64,000 nt of DNA from Antedon mediterranea (lineage: Eukaryota > Animalia > Echinodermata), in the NCBI RefSeq assembly GCF_964355755.1, contig NC_092671.1:8494001-8558000 (forward strand), written 5' to 3'. The notes under the pieces are model-generated. The model saw nothing but the letters and a program-made list of their open reading frames with translations. It ran no database searches and was not told the DNA's origin. Below, piece after piece: positions 53,806 through 64,000 of the stretch; the first letter of the stretch is position 1, and each line of letters starts with the position of its first letter. The position numbers were made by a program, and so were the translations under genes.

Positions 53806-56800
53806 TAGTAGAGAGGCCAAATACACAAAAGTCCTCTATAAAAAGTTTGGGGGGCATTTTTTGTTAATAGCAGGCAACCATGTTGAATGTATCCTTTGTG
53901 GGGTGACAAAAACGATAGGGGTGGATGCCATCTTCAGTTTTGGGTTTTAAGGTTAGTTTATGTGGTCAAGAGGTCAAGCAAGGTCAAAATATAGGATTTT
54001 TTTTTATTCACGGAAAATCATCTACATCATCAGATCTATCCAAAAAAGTATATCTGAAGATCAACTGATGCTTCATATTATAGTAATTATGAGATAAACA
54101 TTTAATTTTACACATAAAAACATAGGAAATTAAATATAAAAGTGTCATTTTCTCAAAATGTTGTTTTCACATATTTCTGTAAAGTACACACAGTTTTTTA
54201 ATAGGCTTTTCCCAGTCTGTTGTAAATTTGTCTTTTTTATGTTGCCCACCAGTCATCGTTTTGATTTTTGTCGGAAAAAATAGGTCAAGTGTTATGTATG
54301 AAACGCCATATGTACCAAAAGATTGGTCTTTTACTATAATATTAATATTACTTATAATAATGTAATACAGTAATATTTAGAAATTTGTTTTTAGAAAAAT
54401 TATTAATATTACCTATAATAATGTAAAATATTTAGAAATTTGTTTTTAGAAAAATTTCGAAAACAGAGACCCCCTATATGACCTAATGACGAGATGTTTT
54501 TGTTTGGGTCAGAGACCCCCTATAATGTAATTATTTAAACATTTTTTCATTATTTCAATGATACAAGTTTTTATTGAAGTTTGTTGTTTCAAGAAATCTC
54601 GAAAGAGAAACCTGGGTATCGAGTCTTTGTTTTCAAAAACCCTAACTATTGGACTTCATCAAGGTTGGAAGGAGTGGTAATTGGGGACTTCGTCTTGAGG
54701 CCTTCGCATCTATGCTATCATGGCTGACGGTGATAACAAATACAAAACTCCTTAAGTAATTAAGAAGTCCTTTATAGATAAAGACGGTTTTAACGTTATT
54801 TACAAACATTACGTTACGTACTGTGTCCAGGTATGAAATCCATTTCTCCAAAAAGACATAAACGCACTTGAAGAGGACAACGTCATGCGACAAATCAAAT
54901 TCCAGCTATCCATTCTTATTCATATGAAGATCGTTTAAAGTTTCTTGGCCTAACAACCCTGTATGGTGGTGACTTGATTGAAAATTTTCAAAAGATTTCG
55001 AGGGTGTAGCCAAGGAAAACTTCCTTCAAATGAGATGCAATCTAAGCAGAAATACACGAGGACACCAGCTTAGACTTTTTAAACCTAAATTTCACAAAGG
55101 ACTGATAGGAGATCCACTTTTTCACAATTAGTAATTATATATTTGAATAGTTTGCCAACCAAAGTCGTCATTTCTGAAACCACCAACACATTTAAAAACC
55201 GATTGGATTCGTTGTAGAAATGAGGTTAAAAGGGTAAACAAGTTTCAGAACCAAATATTCTAAACACTGAGTGGATGATTGATCAATTCAAAATAGAATC
55301 ATTGGTATAACAAGAAACGCTGTAATTCATTGATAGGTTCTGCATGACATGGTCAGACTGATCACGAATCACACATAATACCCAATATTCTTTCGAACTG
55401 ACAGATGATAAGATCTTATATTTAAAGTAACAACTTATTGAAAGAAAAAAAACAGTAGAACTTAAAACTTCATGAGCCACTGAGAAAGCATCGCTTTAAA
55501 TCTTTGCGGAAATCTATAAGGCAACTGTTTCGATAAAGTATATAAAAACTGACAGAAAATCTGCTGATCAACCATTGGAGTATGATCATAGCCCAATTTT
55601 AATATCTTTAACCAAAATGACTTCACATATCTTGATGGCGTTGAAATACCCACAGATGTTCCGGAAGAAAACTTACAGTAAAGACATGATGGTCATGCAC
55701 TAAAGGATGCAGTAAACATGGCTGTAAACATTTGGTGACAATGCAAGTATTTATGCAAGTTACCTAGATATTTCGTCATTTTGTTGTATTTGATCATTAC
55801 ATTGGAAAGGGGTGGATAAAAGCAGTGACACGATTGAAAGGATAGTCCCAATGTACTAATCTGTACTTCCGTACGTGTTTTGGGCCACACTCATCGGTTT
55901 GGAGGAGAACAAATATCACAAACTTTTTAGAAATTCTTTATGTCAATAACAAAGAGCTTGCCAATTATACGAAAGTTGATGTTAATTAATGATATGCACT
56001 TTGTAACAGTAGCCTACAAAATTATGGACGATGTCTGGTATAGTGAACAATAAAGTGGTTGAAAACCTATTAAGAATAATCTACTGTAACCAGCTTCCAT
56101 GCCATTACAGGTTGCAGCACGTCATTATTTGCTGGTTATGGGAAATCATTTGTAACGCATCCACTCCTTGTAAATGGAATTGATTAAGATTAAGACTTTC
56201 CACGTACAGTGTACACTTCTAAAGTTTAATATTGCAAAATATATGGTACTTTTGAGCAGATAACTGTATAATAACAGACTATTCTTTGGTGCTACCTCCA
56301 TCTAGACTCAGTGACCATATACCATTAATACTAGTGATATATATTTCCCTTAAATATTAAGTATTTCACTTCACTCAATAAATATTTAAGTACTGTATTT
56401 CTACTTCGGAAAACACTATGGTGAATACAGCCATCATAGAACCTAAACATACGAGCCAACTATCAGGTAGAGATCAGTATGTGGCCTAAATGAATCGGGT
56501 CGTAAGCCCCTAACCCAGTTGTCAGTTTGGAACTTGTTACATGTGTATGTAAACTAAAGAGCCAGATGAAGTTGTTACCGAAAGCATGCATGTGGTTGTG
56601 ATTCAATCGTTTGCCGTTACCCAGATGGCCAGTAGGCATTATAAATCAGTGCTTGAAGAAATACCCACCTCCGAGCGTTACCTCCTTCCATCCCAGAAAA
56701 ATTTAGAATATTGGCATTTGCACTTGCCGCCCATTACTCCCAACCCACAAACCCTCTGTGACCGTTTTTAAATGAAATTTAAGACATTCCAGTAGGCCTC

Positions 56801-57321
56801 CAATTTCGGTTATATTGATACTCTAGGACTCATCCTCTCCATTCCTTGAACACCTTCCAGGAGTGACTCATAAAGTTTAAAATCTTCCCAGTACAATTCT
56901 GGTCTTTTTGACACCACACTATAACCATCAGCTCCAGGCTATCATGAAAATTATATTTATTTCAATTATTAATACCGATAATTAACAGGTCTGTGCTCTA
57001 TTTGACCTTATGACCTTGAAAATGACCTTTAAACTTGTAAGTTGAAAAATTGATGAACTTCACCATCTACAGCAATATGTCAATAATGGTTACATTTCTT
57101 TTAATTAGCTTATATGATTATGTTGTTGAAAACAGCTTAAACCTCTATTTTACCATATTTGACCTTATAACCTTGAAAATGACCTTTGACCTGAAATTTG
57201 AGAGAGGCATCCACCCCTATCTTTTTTTGTCATCCCATAAGGGATATATTCCACATGGTTGCCTGCTATTAACAGAAAATGACCCCCCATGATGAAAAAG
57301 CTCGCATTGGCCGCCCTACTA
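53806..57321 (+). mobile_element. Decayed Academ-like transposon nested in the 6-kb element
   Basis: TAG...CTA termini, TTA flanking both ends and about 130-bp imperfect TIRs. Coding remnants include GNWGLRLEAFASMLSWL (about 54675) and an XPG/H3TH-like FHAITGC-STSLFAGYGK (about 56095-56146). Confidence 0.72.
54915..55215 (+). mobile_element. CR1-like LINE ORF2 3' fragment inserted in the Academ-like element
   Basis: Degenerate SYEDRLKFLGLTTL..GDLIE...TRGHQLRLFKP...NSLP.KVV...NTFKNRLD, typical of the CR1 C-terminus. Confidence 0.8.
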
Positions 57322-58329
57322 TTATGTTGTCACGCATCAGTGAGCTGACTTTACCGAATACCGAAGAGAGTCGATTGAGTCCGAAACGAACCGATGGAGG
57401 AACTCTCGTACGGCAAAAAAAATCGCAGCCTGGTGCGCCTAGCCTAGGCCTACTATTTTTTGTTGGAAGAACGCTCGCGCCTCCTATCTTGAGACAGACA
57501 ATTAAATTTGCAGTTCTAGTTGTTAGGTCAGTTGTGCAGCCAAGAAACTAGCCTAGCTATTTTATAGAAAATCAACAAATAAATGTTAATAAATCTATTT
57601 TAAACAACCTAATATAACAACACGTATTTACATAATTGTCTGAATAGCACTTTAATAAGTATATAATGCGTTTATTACCTGTTATTTTGTCCTTTTATTG
57701 CGAGTCTTTGTGCACCTCTTTCGCTCAATTCTCCTTCAGATTTTACATGAAAGCGCCCTCTCACGTTGTGTGTAGTGTCTTTTTTGCAGAAGGTATAGGC
57801 CAAATAGGTAAATTAATAATGTTTTTTTTTTTAAACAAACAGTAATCAAAACACAGAAAATATAACTGCTGTATATACATCAATAATTTAAATAAACTTT
57901 AAAGTTCTAATTTAATTCTCTATTAAAAATAGTCACAGAAGTGTGTACCATAATATCTTTATGGTACCATACGCTACAAAACAGAACTGTATATCATAGG
58001 ATAGCCAATAGATATCATGTCATCATACTCGTACACAATTTTTAAATAATAAGATTTTGGTAGGATAGGATATAATAGACAGACATGCATTTTTAACTTG
58101 AGCTCCTGTGAATATTGTTCCGTCGGGCTCTCATATGGGAGCTTTAAAGTGCTGGAGAACGGAGCTGGTGTAACTATTTCCTCCTCTTTTCTTTATTTTT
58201 TGGTTATTTTAGGATATTTTATGGATCCTTTGTGTAAAACGCTTAAAAACATTGTATTAGGTGCTATAAGACTCCATTATTATTAAATACATGTTATGAT
58301 ACAAATAAATATCATATTTCTACTAGAAA

Positions 58330-61300
58330 TTAAGTTTTTTTCCCGAGTAATCTAAGGATTCTTTTCTCTTCTGCGCTTACTTGTACTTTCATTACACCAT
58401 TATCCGCCCACCAATCAATGTTATGTTTACTTTTCTTGTGTGTTTTAAGACTGACTTTATGATTAAAAGTTTTTTGGCAAATGTTACATTCATATGGCTT
58501 TTCTCCTGTGTGAATGCGCATATGTTTTGACCGATTACTGGATTGAGAAAACCTTTTCTTACACACAGGACACTCAAACCTTTTTACGGTTGCGTGCGAT
58601 TCCATGTGTACTCCAAGACGTCTCATTGAAAAGGTTTTTCCACATATCTCACATGCATACTTTTTATGAGTCAATATATGTTTACGAAGTTTACTCGGAC
58701 ACAAAAAAGTTCTTTCACACGACTTGCATGAAAATTTCTCTCGCAACTTTTGATTTGCATGCACTTCCATGTGTTTCTGGAATCTTGATGGAGACTGCAA
58801 AACAGCCGAGCACTCCTGACATTTATATGGAAAGTGACCACTAAACTTATCATGTGTGCGTAGTAAATGAATATCAGCTTCAGTTAATGACTTGTATCTT
58901 TTTTCACAATGAGGGCATTTGTATGGTAAATGTTCACCACTATGAATCTGATTCTCATGAAGTTGCAGATCAGCTTCGATGCAGAAAGTTTCCTGACAGG
59001 CTTTGCATTCGTAAGAGACACTGGCTCTTTCATTCTCATGCCTTAATTGATGGCAAGCAAAATCGGTAGCACTTTGCAACTTCTGATTACATTCAGTACA
59101 AATATATTTTTTATTTAATACTATCCGCTTTGTTTTTATAATTTCACCATTTCTGTTTATTCGGGCAAATACACATGTACCACTTGTTACTTGCTTTTCA
59201 ATTTCAGCAGCAATCTCATTTTCTTGAAGTCTTCTAGCAGTTTTTTCGTCAATTTCACTGGCTGAAATTTCAGTACCATCTTGGTTGATTATGTGTTCAT
59301 GGTCATCATTTTCATTTTTATCATTGGGATTGATGGGCAGTGTTTCATCAATTTTTTGAACATCATTTTTGTCAATGGAATCAACTTGATTGTCACCGCC
59401 ACTTTCGCCGTTGCATAGTTCTTTGATGCCATCCTTTTCTTCTACATTATCTACGACACTGTTAGAAAGTGTTTCATTAGCATCAATTTCCTGGAGATCA
59501 AGTTTGCCAGTGGTACTGTCAAGATTTACTTCAATTCCATCCATTTGATTATCATGGTCTTTGTCAGCTTTGCAGTTGTTACCATTCTCTTCACTGTTAG
59601 AGGTAGTTTCATCAACATTAACTTCATGGAGATCAAGTTTGCCAGTGGTACTTTCAAGATTTACTTCAATGCCATCCATTTGATTCGCATTGTCTTTGTC
59701 AGTTTTGCAGTTGTTACCATTCTCTTCACTGTTAGAAGTAGTTCCATCAACATTAACTTCCTGGAGATCAGTTTTGCCAGTGGTACTGTCAAGAGTTACT
59801 TCAATTCCATCCATTTGATTATCATGGTCTTTGTCAGCTTTACAGTTGTTACCATTCTCTTCACTGTTAGAAGTAGTTCCATCAACATTAACTTCCTGGA
59901 GATCAGTTTTGCCAGTGGTACTGTCAAGGTTTACTTCAATGCCATCCATTTGATTATCATGGTCTTTGTCAACTTTGCAGTTGTTACCATTCTCTTCACT
60001 ATTAGAAGGAGTTTCATAAACATCAACTCCCTGGACATCAAGTTTGCCAGCAGTACTGTCAAGATTTAATTCAATGCCATCAATTTGATAATCATGGTCT
60101 CTGTCAGCTTTGCAGTTGTTACCATTCTCTTCACTGTTAGAAGAAGTTTCATCAACATCAACTTCCTGGACATCTGTTTTGCTAGCGGTACTGTCAAGTT
60201 TTACTTCAATGCCATCAATTTGGTTATCCTTGTCAGTTTTGCCGTTGCTACTCTCTTCTTCATTATTTGAAAGTGTTTCAACAACATCAACTTCCTGGAC
60301 AATTGTACTGTGAAATACTTCATCTTTAGAACGATTTTTACCTTTGTTAACTTTATTACATGAATGCTTAATAAGATTTATCAGTACTTTGAATGATTTG
60401 TCACAGCAGTAACAAGCATAATGCTCATTGTACAGCTCAACATCAGATTCAGATTTAATAGTTGAAGACTCGCCAGACTTTTCTGCCGAGAGTTCATTCT
60501 CGCTATCTGAAGACTCTTTAAATTCATAATCACTATCTTTGTGGTTGCATTTTAACCTATGACGTTCCAATTGTGCCATGTTTGTAAATTCTCTACCACA
60601 ATCACAATAATTTACTTCGCTGTCATCATCCATAAATTCTTCATCTATGCTCTCTTCTGTTGCCATATAGGTATAACTTCTTGGTTTAAGTACTCTTTTA
60701 GGTCTAGTAGAACCAGAGTTTGCATTGACAGAACCGGCATTCTTGGAACTGTGCTTTCTTTTAGGATGTTTCACTCGTGTTTTTGAGACCCTTACAGAAG
60801 TACTTAGCTCTTCTCTTCTTGATCTCTTAGAATCTGTGTTAGAACTGCCACTTTTGCTCTCAAGAGAACATGCACGAGAATGGTTATCAATTATTATCTG
60901 TATTCTCTGTAAATAATAAAAGAACTATATTAGATTCTGCCATGTACAGAAGGATTTTGCCATGTACAGAAGGATTTTTCCATTTAGGAAAACTGTGTAG
61001 TAATGGATCCAATAAAAATCGTCCAAAGTCATTAATGTTTTGCTAAAAATAGTGCAACTTTCTTACTGCGGCCATTCGTTTCAATTGTAGATCACTAAGT
61101 ACCATTTTCTTTTCTTTGGTTTGCTTTGGTGTTATCTTCCTTGCTTCTTCTTCGTCCATCTTAGTTTGCATCTGTGTAAGACATGACAATCATACAGTAA
61201 ATGAAAACATTTTTTTTTCAGATGATGTTTTATTATACCTGTATATTGGTTTAATAAAATTAATAACGGACAGCCTTTTTAACAATGATCATAGCTACAG

Positions 61301-61713
61301 TATACAGTGCTTTCTTTTACTTTAGGACGTTTCACTTGTGTTTTTGAGACCCTTACAGAAGTACTTGGCTCTTCTCTTCTTGATCTGTTAGAATCTGTGT
61401 TAGAACTGCCACTTTTGCTCTCACGAGAACATGCACGAGAATGGTTATCAATTATTATCTGTATTCTCTGTAAATAATAAAAGAACTATAGTAGATTGTA
61501 CCATGTACAGAATCATTTTTCCATTTACGAAAACTGTGTTATAATGGATCCAATAAAAATCGTCAAAATTCATTTATGTTTTGCTAAAAATAGTGCAAAC
61601 TTTCTTACTGCGGCCATTCGTTTCAATTGTAGATCACTAAGTGCCATTTTCTTTTCTTTGGTTTGCTTTGGTGTTATCTTCCTTGCTTTTTCTTCGTCCA
61701 TCTTAGTTTGCAT
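58330..61713 (-). CDS. C2H2 zinc-finger protein with acidic 45-aa repeat linker and about 8 C-terminal fingers
   Basis: Main exon 58330-60906 (phase-0 acceptor) with a canonical HTGEKPYEC linker. Upstream phase-0 exons at 61067-61171, 61321-61467 and 61609-61713. Confidence 0.88.
59460..60300 (-). repeat. Coding minisatellite, 135-bp (45-aa) unit, about 6 copies
   Basis: Unit QEV(N/D)VD.T.SNSEENGNNCK.DKDHDNQMDGIEV.LDSTTGK.DL; DNA anchor recurs near 59490, 59625, 59760, 59895, 60030 and 60165. Confidence 0.95.
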
Positions 61714-61850
61714 CTGTGTAAGACATGACAATCATACAGTAAATGAAAACAATTTTTTTCAGATGATGTTTTATTATACAGTATATTCAATGGTTTAATC
61801 AAATGAATCAGGGGCAGCCTTGTCACTAATGATCATGGCTACAGTATTTC
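60750..61850. repeat. About 550-bp tandem duplication copying two exon segments and an intron of the zinc-finger gene
   Basis: 60750-61300 is near-identical to 61305-61850. Confidence 0.92.
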
Positions 61851-61895
61851 TTTGGATGCAATTAGCTATTTGTTTCCAACAGTAGTAGTTTGAAT

Positions 61896-63506
61896 CAGGG
61901 GTGGCGCCAGGATCTTCCCGACGCGGGGGCTACATTCCCCGAGGAGGGGGCTATGCGAGCGAAGCGAGCATCATTAGGCTGGGGGCCAGGGGGCCGCCAA
62001 GGGCCCCCGGTGGGGGTGCAGGGGGCGAAGCCCCCGGAAGCAACGCGTTCTAGCGTCATTTGAGGTCATTTTAATCAGATTTAGGGTAGCCATTTTTTCC
62101 ATTTTTTATAATGCATAAATAAAATACTGCGTGCAAAAAAACGATGCGCGATGACTGTTTCAATCCATATTTTTCAATTTAAAAAATAAAAGTTCAAAGA
62201 AAATTTAGAAAAATAGAGTTGGAGGTCCCGGAAATTGGACTTATTATACTTCAAAACATGAAACAAAATATATAAGTCCCTATCATGGTTGTGACTGAGC
62301 TAAGAAATGTTTGAAAAATAGAGATGTTAGGTCCCGGAAAATGCACTTCTTGTACTTCGAAATATGACCAGCTTTATTATTGGGGCTGAGCTAAGAAACT
62401 GTTTAAAACTAGAGCTGCAGGTCTTCAAAAAATTGCATTTTATACTTTGGAAACATCAGGCCTAGAGGCTTAAAAAAGCAAGCGTAGACCTTTTCAGTCG
62501 GGGAAATAAATTTATTCCTCCCAAGTGTATGCGTGCGTACCACCATCTGGACTTCCGAGTGGTGAGAAATTCATGACATACATGACATTGAAAATGTAAT
62601 AACTTAGCTATAATAAGATGTTGGCTAAGCGAAAATGGCATGTTTTTTTGTTTAGTAATGGATGAAAAATTTATTTTAGATGCCCCACGGTAGAGAAGGT
62701 TACTTGTAAATTAAAAAATTGGTGAACATACGAACAATTAACATAATTCGTTTTTGCTGTAGTGTAGCGTACGTCGACGCAGTACACGACGTAACCGTCA
62801 GTAAACTTCGCCTGGAAAATAACTACAGTACACATTTTTGGTCCCTGGATGGAACATGATATCACGCGTCTCGACCCAACGTTGAACGATTCGTACAAAG
62901 GGATACCGCCAGACAAGTGCGAACCTAGCTATTGTTTAGTAGTAAGTTAGATCGCTGGCAATAATGGATGCATAGAAAGTGCATAATATCACTCTGACGT
63001 ACTCTCACAGTCAATGAAACGTCGCGGTTTTCTAGGCGCTGAAGCTAGCTACGAAGTAAACGCGAACGCTTTTTACTGTATAATTATTATATTCCCCGAC
63101 AAAAAGTACCCGTGTTCCCTTCGGTAACCTTCGCCTGGAAAATAACTACATTACACATTTTGGTCCCTGGATGGAACTTGATATCACGCGTCTCGACCCA
63201 ACGTTGAACGATTCGTACAAAGGGATACCGCCAGACAAGTGCGAACTAACTATTGTTTAGTAGTAAGTTAGATCGCTGGCAATAATGAATGCATATAAAG
63301 TGCATAATATCACTCTGACGTACTCTCACGGTCAATGAAACGTCGCGGTTTTCTAGGCGCTGAAGCTAGCTACGAAGTGAACGCGAACGCTTTTTACTGT
63401 ATATTATATTCCCCGACAAAAAGTACCCGTGTTCCCCGACGGGGGGGCTAGGCTCCCCGACGAGGGGGCTAGAGCCCCCTTAGCCCCCCCGCTGGCGCCA
63501 CCACTG
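61896..63506. mobile_element. hAT-like non-autonomous element with internal 325-bp tandem duplication
   Basis: TIR CAG(G/T)GGTGGCGCCAG at both ends and perfect 8-bp TSD GTTTGAAT (61888-61895, 63507-63514). 62806-63120 is repeated at 63129-63437. Confidence 0.9.
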
Positions 63507-64000
63507 GTTTGAATAACGTTTTAATGTTAACTGTGTATCTGAAAAAAGATAAATTATTGTAATCATTTTCAAATGAAAATATTTAATACACACACAGTAT
63601 TTTATTAAGAGCAAATAAAATATAGAAATAGGCCTAAATCATTTAAATGGAAACAAAAAAAACTATCTAACTACAGATCTAGACCTCGGTTAATAGGGCC
63701 GGGCCACTCCTACTGCGCCTCCTCATCGTATATGAGGCCTCCTCATCAGGTACAATGCACATGGCATGGATTTTGGCCCTACTTTAGTATACGAAGTACA
63801 GTACTGTACTACTACTACTAGAGGCCTAGTACTAGCTAGTAGCCCTAACTAACTAGGCTACATATAGGCCCTACTACAGCTCACTCAGACAGTAGTACTA
63901 CTACTACTGTACTAGGCTAGGCCTACTGTACTACACAGTACTATGACTAAGCCTACTCTCTCTACTGCTAGGGCTAGGCCTAGATAAAAGGGGCATTTTA

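Larger units (their letters stand above)
51405..57426. mobile_element. 6-kb non-autonomous DNA transposon with about 110-bp TIRs and 9-bp TSD (Mutator/MULE-like)
   Basis: TIR GCGATTTTTTT.CCGTACGAGAGTTCCTCCATCGGTTCGTTTCGGACTCAATCGACTC...GCTCACTGATGCGTGACA is inverted at both ends. Direct repeat AGCCTGGTG at 51396-51404 and 57427-57435. Confidence 0.85.

Noticed and set aside
59545-60313. Plus-strand hydrophobic repeat ORFs
   Set aside because: Antisense shadows of the 45-aa repeat in the zinc-finger exon.

Overview
AT-rich, intron-containing animal genomic DNA. It resembles an invertebrate deuterostome, possibly an echinoderm, but the taxon is inference. It is not prokaryotic and has no CRISPR, rRNA or intact tRNA. 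Genes reconstructed by hand from GT-AG splice sites: (1) exon 1 of a MyoD/MRF bHLH gene (-); (2) a complete 7-exon PRR5/PRR5L (Protor) gene (+, 270 aa), largely missed by the ORF track; (3) a large C2H2 zinc-finger exon plus a broken paralogous copy (-); (4) a 9-exon gene of about 1444 aa carrying seven Myb/SANT-like (trihelix, Harbinger-type) domains, each in its own exon with all introns phase 1, followed by a coiled-coil tail (-); (5) an acidic gene with phase-2 micro-exons (-); (6) a second C2H2 gene with a 45-aa coding minisatellite and duplicated 5' exons (-). Mobile DNA is dense: a decayed Harbinger-like element with its own Myb/SANT ORF, a 6-kb 9-bp-TSD element containing nested piggyBac-like, Academ-like and CR1-like elements, a hAT-like element, several MITE families, and a Penelope-derived cluster of hammerhead ribozyme motifs in (TA)n. 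The most notable items are the modular multi-Myb/SANT exon array and the hammerhead cluster.
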